Assembly: GCA_038227875.1 (NCBI GenBank)
Contig: JBBRPR010000003.1
Location: forward strand, 128,001-192,000
DNA length: 64,000 nt
Direction: 5' to 3'
Origin: Planctomycetota bacterium
GTDB taxonomy: Bacteria > Planctomycetota > SZUA-567 > H5-PLA8
Under the pieces are notes generated by a model that was given only the letters and a program-made list of their open reading frames with translations, made no database searches and had not been told where the DNA came from. The stretch's first letter is position 1. Each line of letters begins with the position of its first letter. A program made the translations under genes and the position numbers. Of the stretch, positions 33,312 to 43,549 are shown in pieces.

Positions 33312-33860
33312 TCACGCCCCTGTCAGCAAGCGCTTGCCCCCGAGAAACACCGTCCAGACAACGACCGTCGTCCAGTGCATCAGGATCGGCGGCCAGAGCG
33401 AACCGGACATCCGGTAAGCCAGCGTGCAGACCAGGCCCAGCAATCCGGCAAAGAATAGAAACAAGGGATTGCTGAAGACGGCGAATGCTTCGTGCCGCAG
33501 GAGGTAGCCGTTGAGCGGATGCATCGCGATAAATACGGCGAGGCTGAGCGTTGCGGTAATCCACACGCGCTGCGGCGTCGCGTTCTCCCGCGGATGGGGA
33601 AGCAGGATGGCGCGAAAGAACAGCTCCTCCACGACGGCCGGCCGAATGAAAATCAATAGCGGCACGATCAGAAACGCGCGCGCATTGCCGCTCATCACTT
33701 CGATGTGAAGAAAACCCGTCGCCAGACCGGCGCTCAAGACAATAGCGACGTACGCGGCATACAACGCGGCACAGCGAAGCCACCCCGGGCCTTCAGGCAC
33801 GCGTCGAAAGGCAAGTGCAACGCTGGTCAATCGCGTGCGGACTGGAGCGGGAATATTCAC
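33312..33860 (-). CDS. CPBP (CAAX/Abi) family intramembrane glutamic endopeptidase
   Basis: EELFFR, FIAMH, SGSLWPPILMHW; multiple TM segments. Start uncertain. Confidence 0.85.
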   Translation of the reverse strand: MNIPAPVRTRLTSVALAFRRVPEGPGWLRCAALYAAYVAIVLSAGLATGFLHIEVMSGNARAFLIVPLLIFIRPAVVEELFFRAILLPHPRENATPQRVWITATLSLAVFIAMHPLNGYLLRHEAFAVFSNPLFLFFAGLLGLVCTLAYRMSGSLWPPILMHWTTVVVWTVFLGGKRLLTGA

Positions 33861-33882
33861 GGACGCGACGATAGCTGGAGTG

Positions 33883-34467
33883 TTAGCGCGCCTGCAACGG
33901 CAAATCCCCGCCCATCTCCTTGTATTCCTGAACAATGCGGTCGTTCACCTTCACGTTTTCGTCGAGCTTGGTGAGGTGCTGGCTGGTCAGCGTGGATTCG
34001 GTGACGCGGTTGTCGACGTATTCCATCGCTTGTTTCGTTGGCAGGTTGCGGACGTCGCGGACGAGCTGGATGGCTTCCTGGCGTTTCTTCTTGGCGATCA
34101 AAGTCGCGAGCGTCGATTCAAACGTGCGCTCGCGTTCGTCGGCCAGCCACTCGGCGAGCTCCTCGTTGCCGCTTTCGCGCGACTTGCTCGACGGCACGTG
34201 AATCGAAAAGGCGAACTTCCAGAAATTGAACGAATAGAACGAGTAGCGGTGATGCACCTGGAAGCTCAACGTCACCCGCGAAAATCCCAGCACCGGCGAG
34301 CCCCACGTCTGGCCTTCGACATCGACATCCGTGGGTTTGGCGACAGCGACGGGCGGGGCGTGTGAACTCTGCGCCGCCTTGTCGGAGACGATGGAGGTCC
34401 TCAGGCGCGTCAACGTCGCGAGCGCTTCGTCGACCAATGCGACGGATGGATGTCGGGGGTTTGCCAT
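33883..34467 (-). CDS. Hypothetical protein with an L7/L12-CTD-like segment
   Basis: KRQEAIQLVRDVRNLPTKQAMEYVD resembles the KxxAIKxVRxxxxLxLKEAKxxVD pattern. Confidence 0.6.
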   Translation of the reverse strand: MANPRHPSVALVDEALATLTRLRTSIVSDKAAQSSHAPPVAVAKPTDVDVEGQTWGSPVLGFSRVTLSFQVHHRYSFYSFNFWKFAFSIHVPSSKSRESGNEELAEWLADERERTFESTLATLIAKKKRQEAIQLVRDVRNLPTKQAMEYVDNRVTESTLTSQHLTKLDENVKVNDRIVQEYKEMGGDLPLQAR

Positions 34468-34665
34468 GGTCTGGGTGCTCCGCATATATAGGGTATGCGG
34501 CCGGAACGGAGCTGCCGCTATAAGTAGTAACGTTCGAGTGACGCTTTACTCCACTGAATGTCCGCAAAATGTCGAATTCTCATGTGCACGCGTTCGCTCA
34601 CCTGTTTTTCATTGACGCAATCTTGAAAAGCCACGTATTCTGCCTCCGCTTCGGAGGGACTTATC

Positions 34666-36474
34666 GTGACTCAATCAACGCTCGTCTTCGTTGTCATCGT
34701 CGCACTCACCACATCAACCGCGTGGAGCGCGACCGCGGACAAGAACGCACCGATCATTCCCGACGACCGCCGCATGGACTGGAAGCCGGGCATCCCCGGC
34801 GGCATCCCGAAGTACCCGCCGTTCGCCAGCGTCAAAGATCCGGCCTACGGCGCGAAGGGCGATGGCAAAGTCGACGACACCGCCGCGATTCAGAAGGCCA
34901 TCGAAGCCTGTCCGCTGGGCAAGGCCGTGCTGATTCCGGCCGGAACGTACCGGCTGACGGGCCGCCTGAATCTGCTCAAGGGCATCGCCTTGCGCGGAGA
35001 AGGTCCCGACAAAACGCGGCTGAGCAACGAAGCGGAGAAGGACCACGTCATCGGCATGTGCAACTGGGATCAGGACAGCACGTCGCCGATCCTCAGCGGC
35101 TTTACGAAGGGCTCGACGGCGATCACGGTCGAAGATCCGTCGAAATTCAAAGTCGGCGAACTGCTGCTCGTCGACCAGCTCAACGATCCCGAGCTCGTCG
35201 ACATCGGCGGCGTCGAAGGCGTGTGCACGTTTGCCGGGCGCGAAGACGGCAAGCGCGCGATGGGCCAGTTGGTGCTGATCACGAAGAAGACTGGCGCCGT
35301 GCTGGAGCTCAGCCGGCCGCTCTACTATCCGTTTAAAGCGGAGTTCAAGCCCGAAGCCACGCGCAGCACCGACAAGACCATCGACAGCGCCGGCGTCGAG
35401 GACCTCTACATTGAAACAACGCGCCGCCGCACGGACGAAAGCTCGACCATCCGCATCTGGCAGGGCGTCCACTGCTGGGTGAAGAACGTCGAATCGTGCC
35501 GCGGCTGGATGTTCGGGCACGTCACCTTGCGCCGGTCGCTGGGCTGCGAAGTCCGCGACTGCTACATCCACCACAATCTTGGCTATGGCGCGGGGCAGGC
35601 GTACGGCGTGATCGTCAGCGGGCAGAGCACCGACTGTCTCGTCGAGAACTGCACGTTCTATTCGCTGAAGGCCGGCATGATGCTCGGATCGAGCGGGCCG
35701 GGAAATGTGTTCGCGTACAATTTTTCCACCGGCATCGTCGGCCGCGATTTTCCCAAGACGCAGTGGGCGCATCCCGACGTCTCGATCCACTCCCCGCATC
35801 CGTATCTGAATCTGTTTGAAGGTAATTATTTTTCGGTGAGCAACTTCGACTTCATCCACGGCTCGTCGAGCCACAACACGCTCTTCCGCAACTACGCCGA
35901 CATGGACCCGCACATGCCCGACGGCCGGCCGGAGCCCAGCAACATCAACGCGGTGCGTCTCGACAAGCGCAACTACTGCATCAATGTGGTGGGAAATGTC
36001 TTCGGACATGAAGGCATGAAGGCCGTCGCGGAGCAGGCGACGAAAATCAATTTCGATCAGGCCACGATCTGGAGTCTCGGCCACGACGGCGATCCGAAAG
36101 TCGCGCAGACGCTGCTGCGGCACGGCAACTACGATTTCATCAGCAAGCAGACACAATGGGATCCGAACATCGCCAATCACCAGCTTGTGCCGTCGCTTTT
36201 TCTGACGACGAAGCCCGCCTACTTCGGAAAGTTGCCATGGCCGCCAATTGGACCCGACGCCAACCCGCTGGTCACGAGCATCCCGGCGCGGGAGCGCTTC
36301 CTGAAAACTCCCGCCGCCGAGCGCGAGGCGCAGGACCTGCTGTATCTGGGCCAGTACCTCCGCGCCGAGAAAAACGACGCCGAAGCCAAAACCGCGCTGC
36401 AGCAGCTGGTGACGAAGTATCCGGCGAGCCCGCTGGCGAAGACTGCGGCCGCGGAATTGGAGCAAATGAAGTAA
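34666..36474 (+). CDS. Secreted right-handed beta-helix (pectate lyase 3/GH28-like) protein with a C-terminal TPR-like helix pair
   Basis: Signal peptide; YGAKGDGKVDDTAAIQKAI, IPAGTY, LRGEG; C-terminal LQQLVTKYPASPLA. Confidence 0.82.
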   Translation: MTQSTLVFVVIVALTTSTAWSATADKNAPIIPDDRRMDWKPGIPGGIPKYPPFASVKDPAYGAKGDGKVDDTAAIQKAIEACPLGKAVLIPAGTYRLTGRLNLLKGIALRGEGPDKTRLSNEAEKDHVIGMCNWDQDSTSPILSGFTKGSTAITVEDPSKFKVGELLLVDQLNDPELVDIGGVEGVCTFAGREDGKRAMGQLVLITKKTGAVLELSRPLYYPFKAEFKPEATRSTDKTIDSAGVEDLYIETTRRRTDESSTIRIWQGVHCWVKNVESCRGWMFGHVTLRRSLGCEVRDCYIHHNLGYGAGQAYGVIVSGQSTDCLVENCTFYSLKAGMMLGSSGPGNVFAYNFSTGIVGRDFPKTQWAHPDVSIHSPHPYLNLFEGNYFSVSNFDFIHGSSSHNTLFRNYADMDPHMPDGRPEPSNINAVRLDKRNYCINVVGNVFGHEGMKAVAEQATKINFDQATIWSLGHDGDPKVAQTLLRHGNYDFISKQTQWDPNIANHQLVPSLFLTTKPAYFGKLPWPPIGPDANPLVTSIPARERFLKTPAAEREAQDLLYLGQYLRAEKNDAEAKTALQQLVTKYPASPLAKTAAAELEQMK

Positions 36475-36662
36475 GCCGCGGCGCCTTGACATTTACCCTG
36501 CGCGTGGGGTTCAATGCAGAGCAAGGGAAAGACCGCCCGGCTATGATGGCGACTACGATGGACTACGGATATTGACTCTGTTCCCACCGTTTGCTTTCAC
36601 CCCTCTTATCACTTAAAAGCACCACTTCGGTTGGTGGTAAATTTTTCAGGAGTTCTCAGACG

Positions 36663-39557
36663 ATGGCGGCGGCGAAGTACGTACCTTCAGAAGTAGAGAA
36701 AAAGTGGCAGGAGTATTGGGCGAAAGAGCAGACCTTCCGCATCTCCAATCCCGGCGAACCCGGCTTTGATCCGGCCAAACCGAAATACTACATCCTCGAC
36801 ATGTTCCCGTACCCCAGCGGCGCGGGCATCCACGTCGGACATCCGGAAGGCTACACCGCCACCGATATTCTCACCCGCTGGAAGCGCATGCAGGGCTTCA
36901 ACGTGCTCCACCCGATGGGCTGGGACGCGTTCGGCCTGCCCGCGGAACAGTACGCCGTCCAGACCGGCACGCATCCGGCCGTCACGACGAAGAAGAACGT
37001 GGAGAACATCAAACGTCAGATTCAGTCGCTGGGATTCAGCTACGACTGGACGCGCGAAATCGACACGACCGATCCGCATTACTACAAGTGGACGCAGTGG
37101 ATCTTCCTGAAGCTCTTCAACAGTATCTTCGACACGCACCAGCAGACGGCGCGCGACGTCAACGACATCGTCGCCGACCTGAAGGCCGGCAAGCTGACGT
37201 TGAAGAACGGCAGCGCGATCGTCTTCGATCCCGCCGCGGCGTCGAAAAAAGAAGGCGCGCAGTGGAGCGACCTGAACGCCGATCAGCAGTGGAAAGTGCT
37301 GGCCGCGCACCGGCTGGCGTATGTCAGCGAAGCACCGGTGTGGTGGTGCGAAGCACTGGGCACCGTGCTGGCTAACGAAGAAGTGATCGACGGTCGCAGC
37401 GACCGCGGCGACTATCCGTGCGTCAAGAAACCGCTGCGCCAATGGATGCTGCGCATCACTGCGTACGCCGAACGCCTGCTGGCCGACCTGGAGCACATCG
37501 ACTGGCCCGAGCCGATCAAGCTGATGCAGCGCCATTGGACGGGACGGTCGGAAGGTGCCGAAGTCGATTTCGCAACGGAAAGCGGCAGCAAGATCCGCGT
37601 CTTTACGACGCGGCCGGACACGCTGTACGGCGCGACGTACATGGTGCTGGCGCCGGAACATCCGCTGGTCGCGCAGATCACGACCGCCGAACAGAAAGCG
37701 GCGATTGCCCAATATGTCTCCGCGGCCAGCAGCAAGAGCGACCTGGCGCGTACGGATCTGGCGAAGGACAAGTCCGGCGTCTTCACCGGCGCGTATGCGC
37801 TGAACCCGGTTTACGAAGCCAGCGACCCGCGCGCGAAGATTCCGATCTGGATCGCCGACTACGTGCTGATGAGCTACGGCACCGGCGCGATCATGGCCGT
37901 GCCGGCGCACGACGAACGCGACGCGGAATTCGCGGTGAAGTTCAAACTGCCGATCATCAGCGTGGTGATGCCGCCGGACGCGTGGCTGAAAAGCAACGCG
38001 AAGGAGCCATCCAAGGACGCTGCGGTGCTGCGGGAGCGCTTCACTGCCGATCCGCTGGCGTTCAAAGAGTTCTTCGTCGACGACGGCGTGGCGATGAAGT
38101 CGCCGTCGATCGACGGCCTGCCGACGCCGGAAGCCAAGGTCAAGATCACCGCATGGCTGGAAGGAAAAAAGATCGGCGAGAAGAAAATTACCTACCGCCT
38201 GCGCGATTGGCTCTTCAGCCGTCAGCGCTATTGGGGCGAACCGTTCCCAATTCTCTGGGACGAGCAGGGCCACGCCCGCGCGGTCTCCACCGAATCGCTG
38301 CCGGTGCTGCTGCCGGAGATGAGCGACTTCAAGCCGACCGGCACGCCTGAACCGCCGCTGAGCAAGGCCAAGGATTGGCTGAACGTGAAGATCGTCGTCC
38401 AACCGGACGGCACGGCGCGCATCGCCAAGCCGGGTGAGGCCGGCATCAACGCCCGCCGCGAAACGAACACGATGCCGCAGTGGGCCGGGTCGTGCTGGTA
38501 CTACCTGCGCTTCACCGACGCCAACAATCCGGACGCGGCGTACAGCAAAGCCGCCGAAGCGTACTGGATGGACGTCGATCTGTACGTCGGCGGCGCCGAA
38601 CACGCCGTGCTGCATCTGCTGTACAGCCGGTTCTGGCACAAGGTCCTGTATGATCACGGCTTGGTCCACAGTGCGGAGCCGTTTAAGAAACTGTTCAACC
38701 AGGGCCTGATCACCGGTTTCGCGTACAAAGACGAAACCGGCCGCCTGATTCCCAACGACGAAGTGGAAGACAAAGGCGACGGCGTGTACGTGGTCAAAGC
38801 CACGGGGAAACCCGCCACGCAGTTGGTCACCAAGATGTCCAAGTCGCTGAAGAACGTGGTCAACCCCGACGACGTGATCAACGAGTACGGCGCCGACACG
38901 CTGCGCCTGTACGAAATGTTCATGGGCCCGCTGGATGGCAGCAAGCCGTGGAATCCCCGCGACGTGCCGGGCATGTTCCGCTTCCTGCGCGACTGCTGGC
39001 GCGTCTTCATCGAGGAAGATGAGAGCAAACCCAACGCCGGCAACGTGCGTATGAACCTGTTGCCGTCAGCCTCGGAACTGATCGGCGACAAGAGCGAGTC
39101 TCTGGAGCGCGAGCTCCACAAGACGATCAAGGGCGTGACGCACGACTTCGAGCGCATGGCGTTCAATACGGCGATCAGCAAGCTGATGGTCTTCAAGAAC
39201 AAGGTCCAGGAAGACGTGACGTCGCTGACCCGTTCGCAGGCCAAGCGTTTCCTGCTGCTGCTGGCACCGCTGGCGCCGCACATCGCCGAGGAACTGTGGT
39301 CGCGCATGCGCCATCACCATTCGCTGGCCTACGAAGCGTGGCCGACGTTTGACGAAGCGCTGACGCAGGACGCGGTGAAGGAACTGGCCGTGCAGGTGAA
39401 CGGCAAAGTCAAATCTCGCATCAGCGTCGCCGCGACAGCCTCGGAAGAGGATGTGAAGAAACTGGCGCTCGAAGCCGTCGCCGCAGACGTCGCGGGAAAA
39501 ACGGTCGCCAAGGTGATCGTCGTGCAGGGGCGCTTGGTGAACATCGTCGTGAAGTGA
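36663..39557 (+). CDS. leuS: Leucine--tRNA ligase
   Basis: MFPYPSG, HVGH (HIGH), [30 protein letters not shown]. Confidence 0.97.
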   Translation: MAAAKYVPSEVEKKWQEYWAKEQTFRISNPGEPGFDPAKPKYYILDMFPYPSGAGIHVGHPEGYTATDILTRWKRMQGFNVLHPMGWDAFGLPAEQYAVQTGTHPAVTTKKNVENIKRQIQSLGFSYDWTREIDTTDPHYYKWTQWIFLKLFNSIFDTHQQTARDVNDIVADLKAGKLTLKNGSAIVFDPAAASKKEGAQWSDLNADQQWKVLAAHRLAYVSEAPVWWCEALGTVLANEEVIDGRSDRGDYPCVKKPLRQWMLRITAYAERLLADLEHIDWPEPIKLMQRHWTGRSEGAEVDFATESGSKIRVFTTRPDTLYGATYMVLAPEHPLVAQITTAEQKAAIAQYVSAASSKSDLARTDLAKDKSGVFTGAYALNPVYEASDPRAKIPIWIADYVLMSYGTGAIMAVPAHDERDAEFAVKFKLPIISVVMPPDAWLKSNAKEPSKDAAVLRERFTADPLAFKEFFVDDGVAMKSPSIDGLPTPEAKVKITAWLEGKKIGEKKITYRLRDWLFSRQRYWGEPFPILWDEQGHARAVSTESLPVLLPEMSDFKPTGTPEPPLSKAKDWLNVKIVVQPDGTARIAKPGEAGINARRETNTMPQWAGSCWYYLRFTDANNPDAAYSKAAEAYWMDVDLYVGGAEHAVLHLLYSRFWHKVLYDHGLVHSAEPFKKLFNQGLITGFAYKDETGRLIPNDEVEDKGDGVYVVKATGKPATQLVTKMSKSLKNVVNPDDVINEYGADTLRLYEMFMGPLDGSKPWNPRDVPGMFRFLRDCWRVFIEEDESKPNAGNVRMNLLPSASELIGDKSESLERELHKTIKGVTHDFERMAFNTAISKLMVFKNKVQEDVTSLTRSQAKRFLLLLAPLAPHIAEELWSRMRHHHSLAYEAWPTFDEALTQDAVKELAVQVNGKVKSRISVAATASEEDVKKLALEAVAADVAGKTVAKVIVVQGRLVNIVVK

Positions 39558-39570
39558 GGCGGACGGACGG

Positions 39571-39735
39571 ATGGCATCGGGGATCGGGCATCAGGCATCG
39601 GTTGATCAGTACGACCGTGCAAATGAGTGCACGCCGTTGCGCTGAAGAACCGTACAGCTAAAGTCAGAACGTGCGATTGCGCCAGTGGCAGCATTCCCAC
39701 TGACCGATGCCGGATGCCCGATCCCCGATGCCATC
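39571..39735. repeat. GGCATCG/CGATGCC heptamer inverted repeat
   Basis: atggcatcggggatcgggcatcaggcatcggttg ... tgaccgatgccggatgcccgatccccgatgccat. Confidence 0.8.
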
Positions 39736-39760
39736 AGTTTGAAGTGATAGGATGTTCACC

Positions 39761-40183
39761 ATGGCCGACGAGTTGAAAGCCGCTGGAGCAATCTGCTATC
39801 TCCCTGACGGCAAGAAGACGTACTTCCTGATCCTGCGATCCGCCAAAACAGGGGAGTGGGGGCCGCCGAAGGGGCATTCGGAGGAAGGGGAGACGGAGCT
39901 GGAGACGGCCGTCCGGGAACTCTACGAAGAGGCCGGGGTGCGGCGGGTCAGTTTCACGCCGGGCTTTCGCGAAATTCTGAAGTACACCGTCGAAAAGAAA
40001 GGCAAGACCCTCAACAAGGAAGTCGCGCTGTACTTGTGCAAGCTCGACGACGACGACGTCCGCATCTCCCCCGAACACACCGAAGCCCATTTCGCCACAC
40101 TCGATGAAATCGAACAGCTCGTGCCGCACGAGGACCTGCGGGAGGTCTTCCGCCGCGCGGCCGCGTTCGTTAAAGCAAACTAA
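39761..40183 (+). CDS. NUDIX hydrolase (Ap4A hydrolase-like)
   Basis: WGPPKGHSEEGETELETAVRELYEEAG Nudix box; SPEH. Confidence 0.9.
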   Translation: MADELKAAGAICYLPDGKKTYFLILRSAKTGEWGPPKGHSEEGETELETAVRELYEEAGVRRVSFTPGFREILKYTVEKKGKTLNKEVALYLCKLDDDDVRISPEHTEAHFATLDEIEQLVPHEDLREVFRRAAAFVKAN

Positions 40184-40190
40184 ACGGCTC

Positions 40191-40329
40191 GTCTCACGCA
40201 AAGCCGCGAAGCCGCTAAGAACAGCAACGGATTTGGGGTGAGGCGGGATAAGCTCAAGGCAATTCGCGAGACTCTCAGGAACTAAAACCTAAAGCCGTTC
40301 GTGCTGTTCTTTGCGGCTTTGCGTGAGAT
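40191..40329. repeat. 9-nt-periodic inverted repeat element (TCTCACGCAAAGCCGC / GCGGCTTTGCGTGAGA)
   Basis: Perfect 16-nt terminal inverted pair; second copy at 53581-53789. Confidence 0.8.
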
Positions 40330-40344
40330 TAGAAGACGTAGACC

Positions 40345-41283
40345 ATGGGCGAACTCGATCTTCTCAAACAATTCCGCGCGCATGCGCCGACGCATCCGAG
40401 CGTCATCGTCGGTCCCGGGCAGGACTGTGCGATTTTGTGCTGGCCGGCGGGGCGTGATCTGGCTTTTAAGATCGACCAGATCGTCGAAGGCACGCATTTT
40501 TTGCGCAGCGGGCCGGAGGCGGCGTCGGCTAAACAAATTGGCTGGAAAGCGATGGCCAAGGCCTGTTCGGATATTGCGGCGACGGGATACTGGCCGGTCG
40601 CAGCGACCGTCGCGGTGAACCTGGCGAAAGGCACGCCGCCGAAAGTGGCGCTGGAACTTTACGACGGCATCTGCGCGTGCTGCAAACGCTTCGGCTTTGC
40701 GCTGGCCGGCGGGGACCTCAGCGTTTCGAAAAACAAATTGAGCGTCGTGGTCTCGCTGCTCGGCGACGGTCCGAAAGGAAAAGCCTGGCTGCGGCGCGGC
40801 GCGAAATCCGGCGATCTGCTGATGGTCACCGGAACGCTGGGCGGTTCGCGCGGAGGAAAACATCTGGACTTCGAACCGCGTTTGAAAGAAGCGCGCGAAT
40901 TGAGAAAACTGATTCCCAACGGCGTTCACGCGTGCATCGACATCACCGACGGGCTCAGCCGCGATCTGCATCACATCTGCGAGGAGAGCCGCTGCGGCGC
41001 GGAAGTCTTCGAGACGGAAATTCCGTACAGCCGCGACGCCCGGAAGGCAGAAAAATCCGGTCCGCGGTCCGCGCTGGATCACGTGCTTCGCGACGGCGAA
41101 GATTTTGAGCTGCTCATGGCCGTCGATCCACGCGCCGCGGCCACACTGCTGAAGCGGTGGAAGCTTAAAACAAAACTGAGCGTAATCGGAAGGATAACGC
41201 CCGCAAAATTCGGTTGTAAATTGGTTAGAAGGGATGGAACACATGGCGAAATGGCCGATATAGGATATGAGCATCGCGCTTGA
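40345..41283 (+). CDS. thiL: Thiamine-phosphate kinase
   Basis: MGELDL, GQDCA, EGTHF, SDIAATG, GGDLS, TGTLG, IDITDGL, GEDFELL. Confidence 0.92.
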   Translation: MGELDLLKQFRAHAPTHPSVIVGPGQDCAILCWPAGRDLAFKIDQIVEGTHFLRSGPEAASAKQIGWKAMAKACSDIAATGYWPVAATVAVNLAKGTPPKVALELYDGICACCKRFGFALAGGDLSVSKNKLSVVVSLLGDGPKGKAWLRRGAKSGDLLMVTGTLGGSRGGKHLDFEPRLKEARELRKLIPNGVHACIDITDGLSRDLHHICEESRCGAEVFETEIPYSRDARKAEKSGPRSALDHVLRDGEDFELLMAVDPRAAATLLKRWKLKTKLSVIGRITPAKFGCKLVRRDGTHGEMADIGYEHRA

Positions 41284-41334
41284 AGTCGGCCTATTTCCAT
41301 GGGCATTTTGAATCAAAATGGTTAGAATGAAAAG

Positions 41335-41829
41335 ATGGCACAGTTGACCGAAGCCTTCTCGAGAAGCACCGCTTCCGCGGGCGAAACCGAAGATCTCGGC
41401 GCTTCACTCGCGCGCGGACTACGCGGCGGCGAATTGATTGTGCTCTCGGGGGAACTTGGCGCGGGAAAAACGGTCTTCGTACGCGGACTGGCGCGTGGCC
41501 TGAATTGCCCGCCCGGCGTCCGCGTCACCAGTCCCACCTACGTGCTGCAGCACGCGTACCGCGGCGGACGATTGGCGCTTTATCATATTGATGCTTACCG
41601 CATCGGCGGCGGAGCGGCGGAGTTCGAAGCCAGCGGACTGCGCGAATGCATGGACGATGCCGGCGGCGTCGTCTGCCTGGAATGGCCGGAACGGCTCGAC
41701 GACCTGCAGTGGCCAGGCGACCGCATTTTCGTGCAGATCGAACACGTCGATCCGCAGCACCGCCAGGTGACGCTGAAGCCCAGCGGCGCGCACTCGCAAC
41801 AGCTTTTGCAGTCGGCTTTCAGTCACTAA
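41335..41829 (+). CDS. tsaE: tRNA threonylcarbamoyladenosine biosynthesis ATPase
   Basis: LSGELGAGKT, VTSPTY, YHIDAYR, LEWPE. Confidence 0.95.
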   Translation: MAQLTEAFSRSTASAGETEDLGASLARGLRGGELIVLSGELGAGKTVFVRGLARGLNCPPGVRVTSPTYVLQHAYRGGRLALYHIDAYRIGGGAAEFEASGLRECMDDAGGVVCLEWPERLDDLQWPGDRIFVQIEHVDPQHRQVTLKPSGAHSQQLLQSAFSH

Positions 41830-41869
41830 CGCTCGCGCTGTTTTTAACGTTTCAATTCAGGAGATGATC

Positions 41870-43342
41870 ATGGCCCGCAAACCCGGCAAACGTGAAAAAG
41901 AGCTGGAGACCAACGGAGATAAGCCGGCTGTCGCGACGATCGAAGAGCACCCGGTTTCCGGAGCGAAGCGGCCGCCGAAAGTCGTCACGCCGGTCACGCC
42001 CGCTCTGCCGCACGTGCCGAAGCTCGATGCCTCGCTGCCCCCGGCCGATCCGCCGGCGCAGATGGAGCCGATGCACAAATCGAACACCGCGATTCTGCGC
42101 CGCCACGACATGTGGGACCAGGCGCTGCGCCAGCTCGACGAAGTCGCCGCGCTGATCAAGCTCGACAAGGATTCACACGTGCTGCTGCGCCATCCCAAGC
42201 GCACGCTGGAAGTCGCCGTGCCGGTGCGTATGGATGACGGTCACGTCGAAGTCTTCCAGGGCTACCGTGTCCACCACAACCAGTACCGCGGCCCGTGCAA
42301 AGGCGGTATCCGCTACCATCACGAAGTCAGCATGGATGAAGTCAAAGCGCTGGCGATGCTGATGACGTGGAAGTGCGCGCTGATGAACATTCCCTACGGT
42401 GGCGCGAAGGGCGGCGTGGTGGTCGATCCACGCAAGCTTTCCGAAAAGGAACTCGAACGCCTGACCCGGCGCTTCACGTCGGAAATCATGATCATCATCG
42501 GACCCGATCGCGACATCCCCGCGCCGGACATGGGCACCAACCAGCAGACCATGGCGTGGATGATGGACACCTACGCGATGACCACCGGACATTCCGTGCC
42601 GCAGATCGTGACGGGAAAACCCGTCTCCGTCGGCGGCTCGCTGGGCCGCATCGAAGCCACGGGGCGCGGCGTGAGCTACGTCACCGCCGCGGTCGTGCGT
42701 GAACTCGGCTTGGAAATGAAGGGCCTCCGCGTGGCCGTTCAGGGCGCCGGTAACGTAGGCTCAAATGCCGCCAAAGCGCTGCACGAACTCGGCGCAAAGA
42801 TCGTGGCGATCAGCGACGTCAAGGGCGGCGTCCACAACACGTCGGGCATCGATCCCTTCAAGCTCTTCGCCTCGATGGGCCCGAAGGATCTCGTCTCCGA
42901 TCACTGCCAGGGCGAAAAGGTCACCAACGAGCAGCTCCTGACGCTCGATTGCGACGTGCTGATCCCCGCGGCGCTGGGCGGCGTGATCACCGAAAACAAC
43001 GCCAAGGATGTCAAAGCGCGCATCATCGTCGAAGGCGCCAACGGCCCGACGACGCCCGACGCCGACACCGTTCTGAACAAGAAGGGCATCGTGGTGGTCC
43101 CGGACATCCTGGCCAACGCCGGTGGCGTGACGGTCAGCTACTTCGAATGGGTGCAGGGCATCCAGTACTACTTCTGGGAGCTCGATGAAATCAACACGCG
43201 CCTGCAGAAAGTGATGCTCAATGCCTTCAATTCGCTCTGGGCGCTCTCGCGGCGCGAACGCGTCTCGCTGCGCACCGCCGCGCTGATGATCTCGGTCAAA
43301 CGCGTCGCCGAAGCGTCGAAATCGCTGGGTCTGTTTCCCTAA
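41870..43342 (+). CDS. Glu/Leu/Phe/Val dehydrogenase (glutamate dehydrogenase) with a Pro-rich N-terminal extension
   Basis: GPCKGGIRY, MTWKCA, GGAKGG, DIPAPD, TGKP, EATGRG, QGAGNVG, EGANGP, NAGGVTVSYFEW. Confidence 0.93.
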   Translation: MARKPGKREKELETNGDKPAVATIEEHPVSGAKRPPKVVTPVTPALPHVPKLDASLPPADPPAQMEPMHKSNTAILRRHDMWDQALRQLDEVAALIKLDKDSHVLLRHPKRTLEVAVPVRMDDGHVEVFQGYRVHHNQYRGPCKGGIRYHHEVSMDEVKALAMLMTWKCALMNIPYGGAKGGVVVDPRKLSEKELERLTRRFTSEIMIIIGPDRDIPAPDMGTNQQTMAWMMDTYAMTTGHSVPQIVTGKPVSVGGSLGRIEATGRGVSYVTAAVVRELGLEMKGLRVAVQGAGNVGSNAAKALHELGAKIVAISDVKGGVHNTSGIDPFKLFASMGPKDLVSDHCQGEKVTNEQLLTLDCDVLIPAALGGVITENNAKDVKARIIVEGANGPTTPDADTVLNKKGIVVVPDILANAGGVTVSYFEWVQGIQYYFWELDEINTRLQKVMLNAFNSLWALSRRERVSLRTAALMISVKRVAEASKSLGLFP

Positions 43343-43356
43343 CGGGAAACGGGAAA

Positions 43357-43537
43357 AGGGGTCAGGGTTCAGCGGAGAGGGGTCAGAAGCGAGCGAGCCG
43401 GCTGACGAGAGTGAATGTCGGTTGGCGAATGACGACAACGAACAGCAAGCACGAAAGATATGGAAATTGGCAAGGGGTTACGGTCCCGGGATCAGCGCAC
43501 CAAACTCTGACCCCTGGCCCCTGACCCCTGACCCCTT
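43357..43537. repeat. GGGGTCA/TGACCCC heptamer inverted repeat (second copy)
   Basis: ggggtcagggttcag..ggggtcaga ... actctgacccctggcccctgacccctgacccc; the right arm is nearly identical to 25842-25866. Confidence 0.8.
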
Positions 43538-43549
43538 GAGGTCGTCAGG

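Noticed and set aside
40345..41829. thiL-tsaE adjacency
   Set aside because: A known gene neighbourhood in other bacteria, so not novel.
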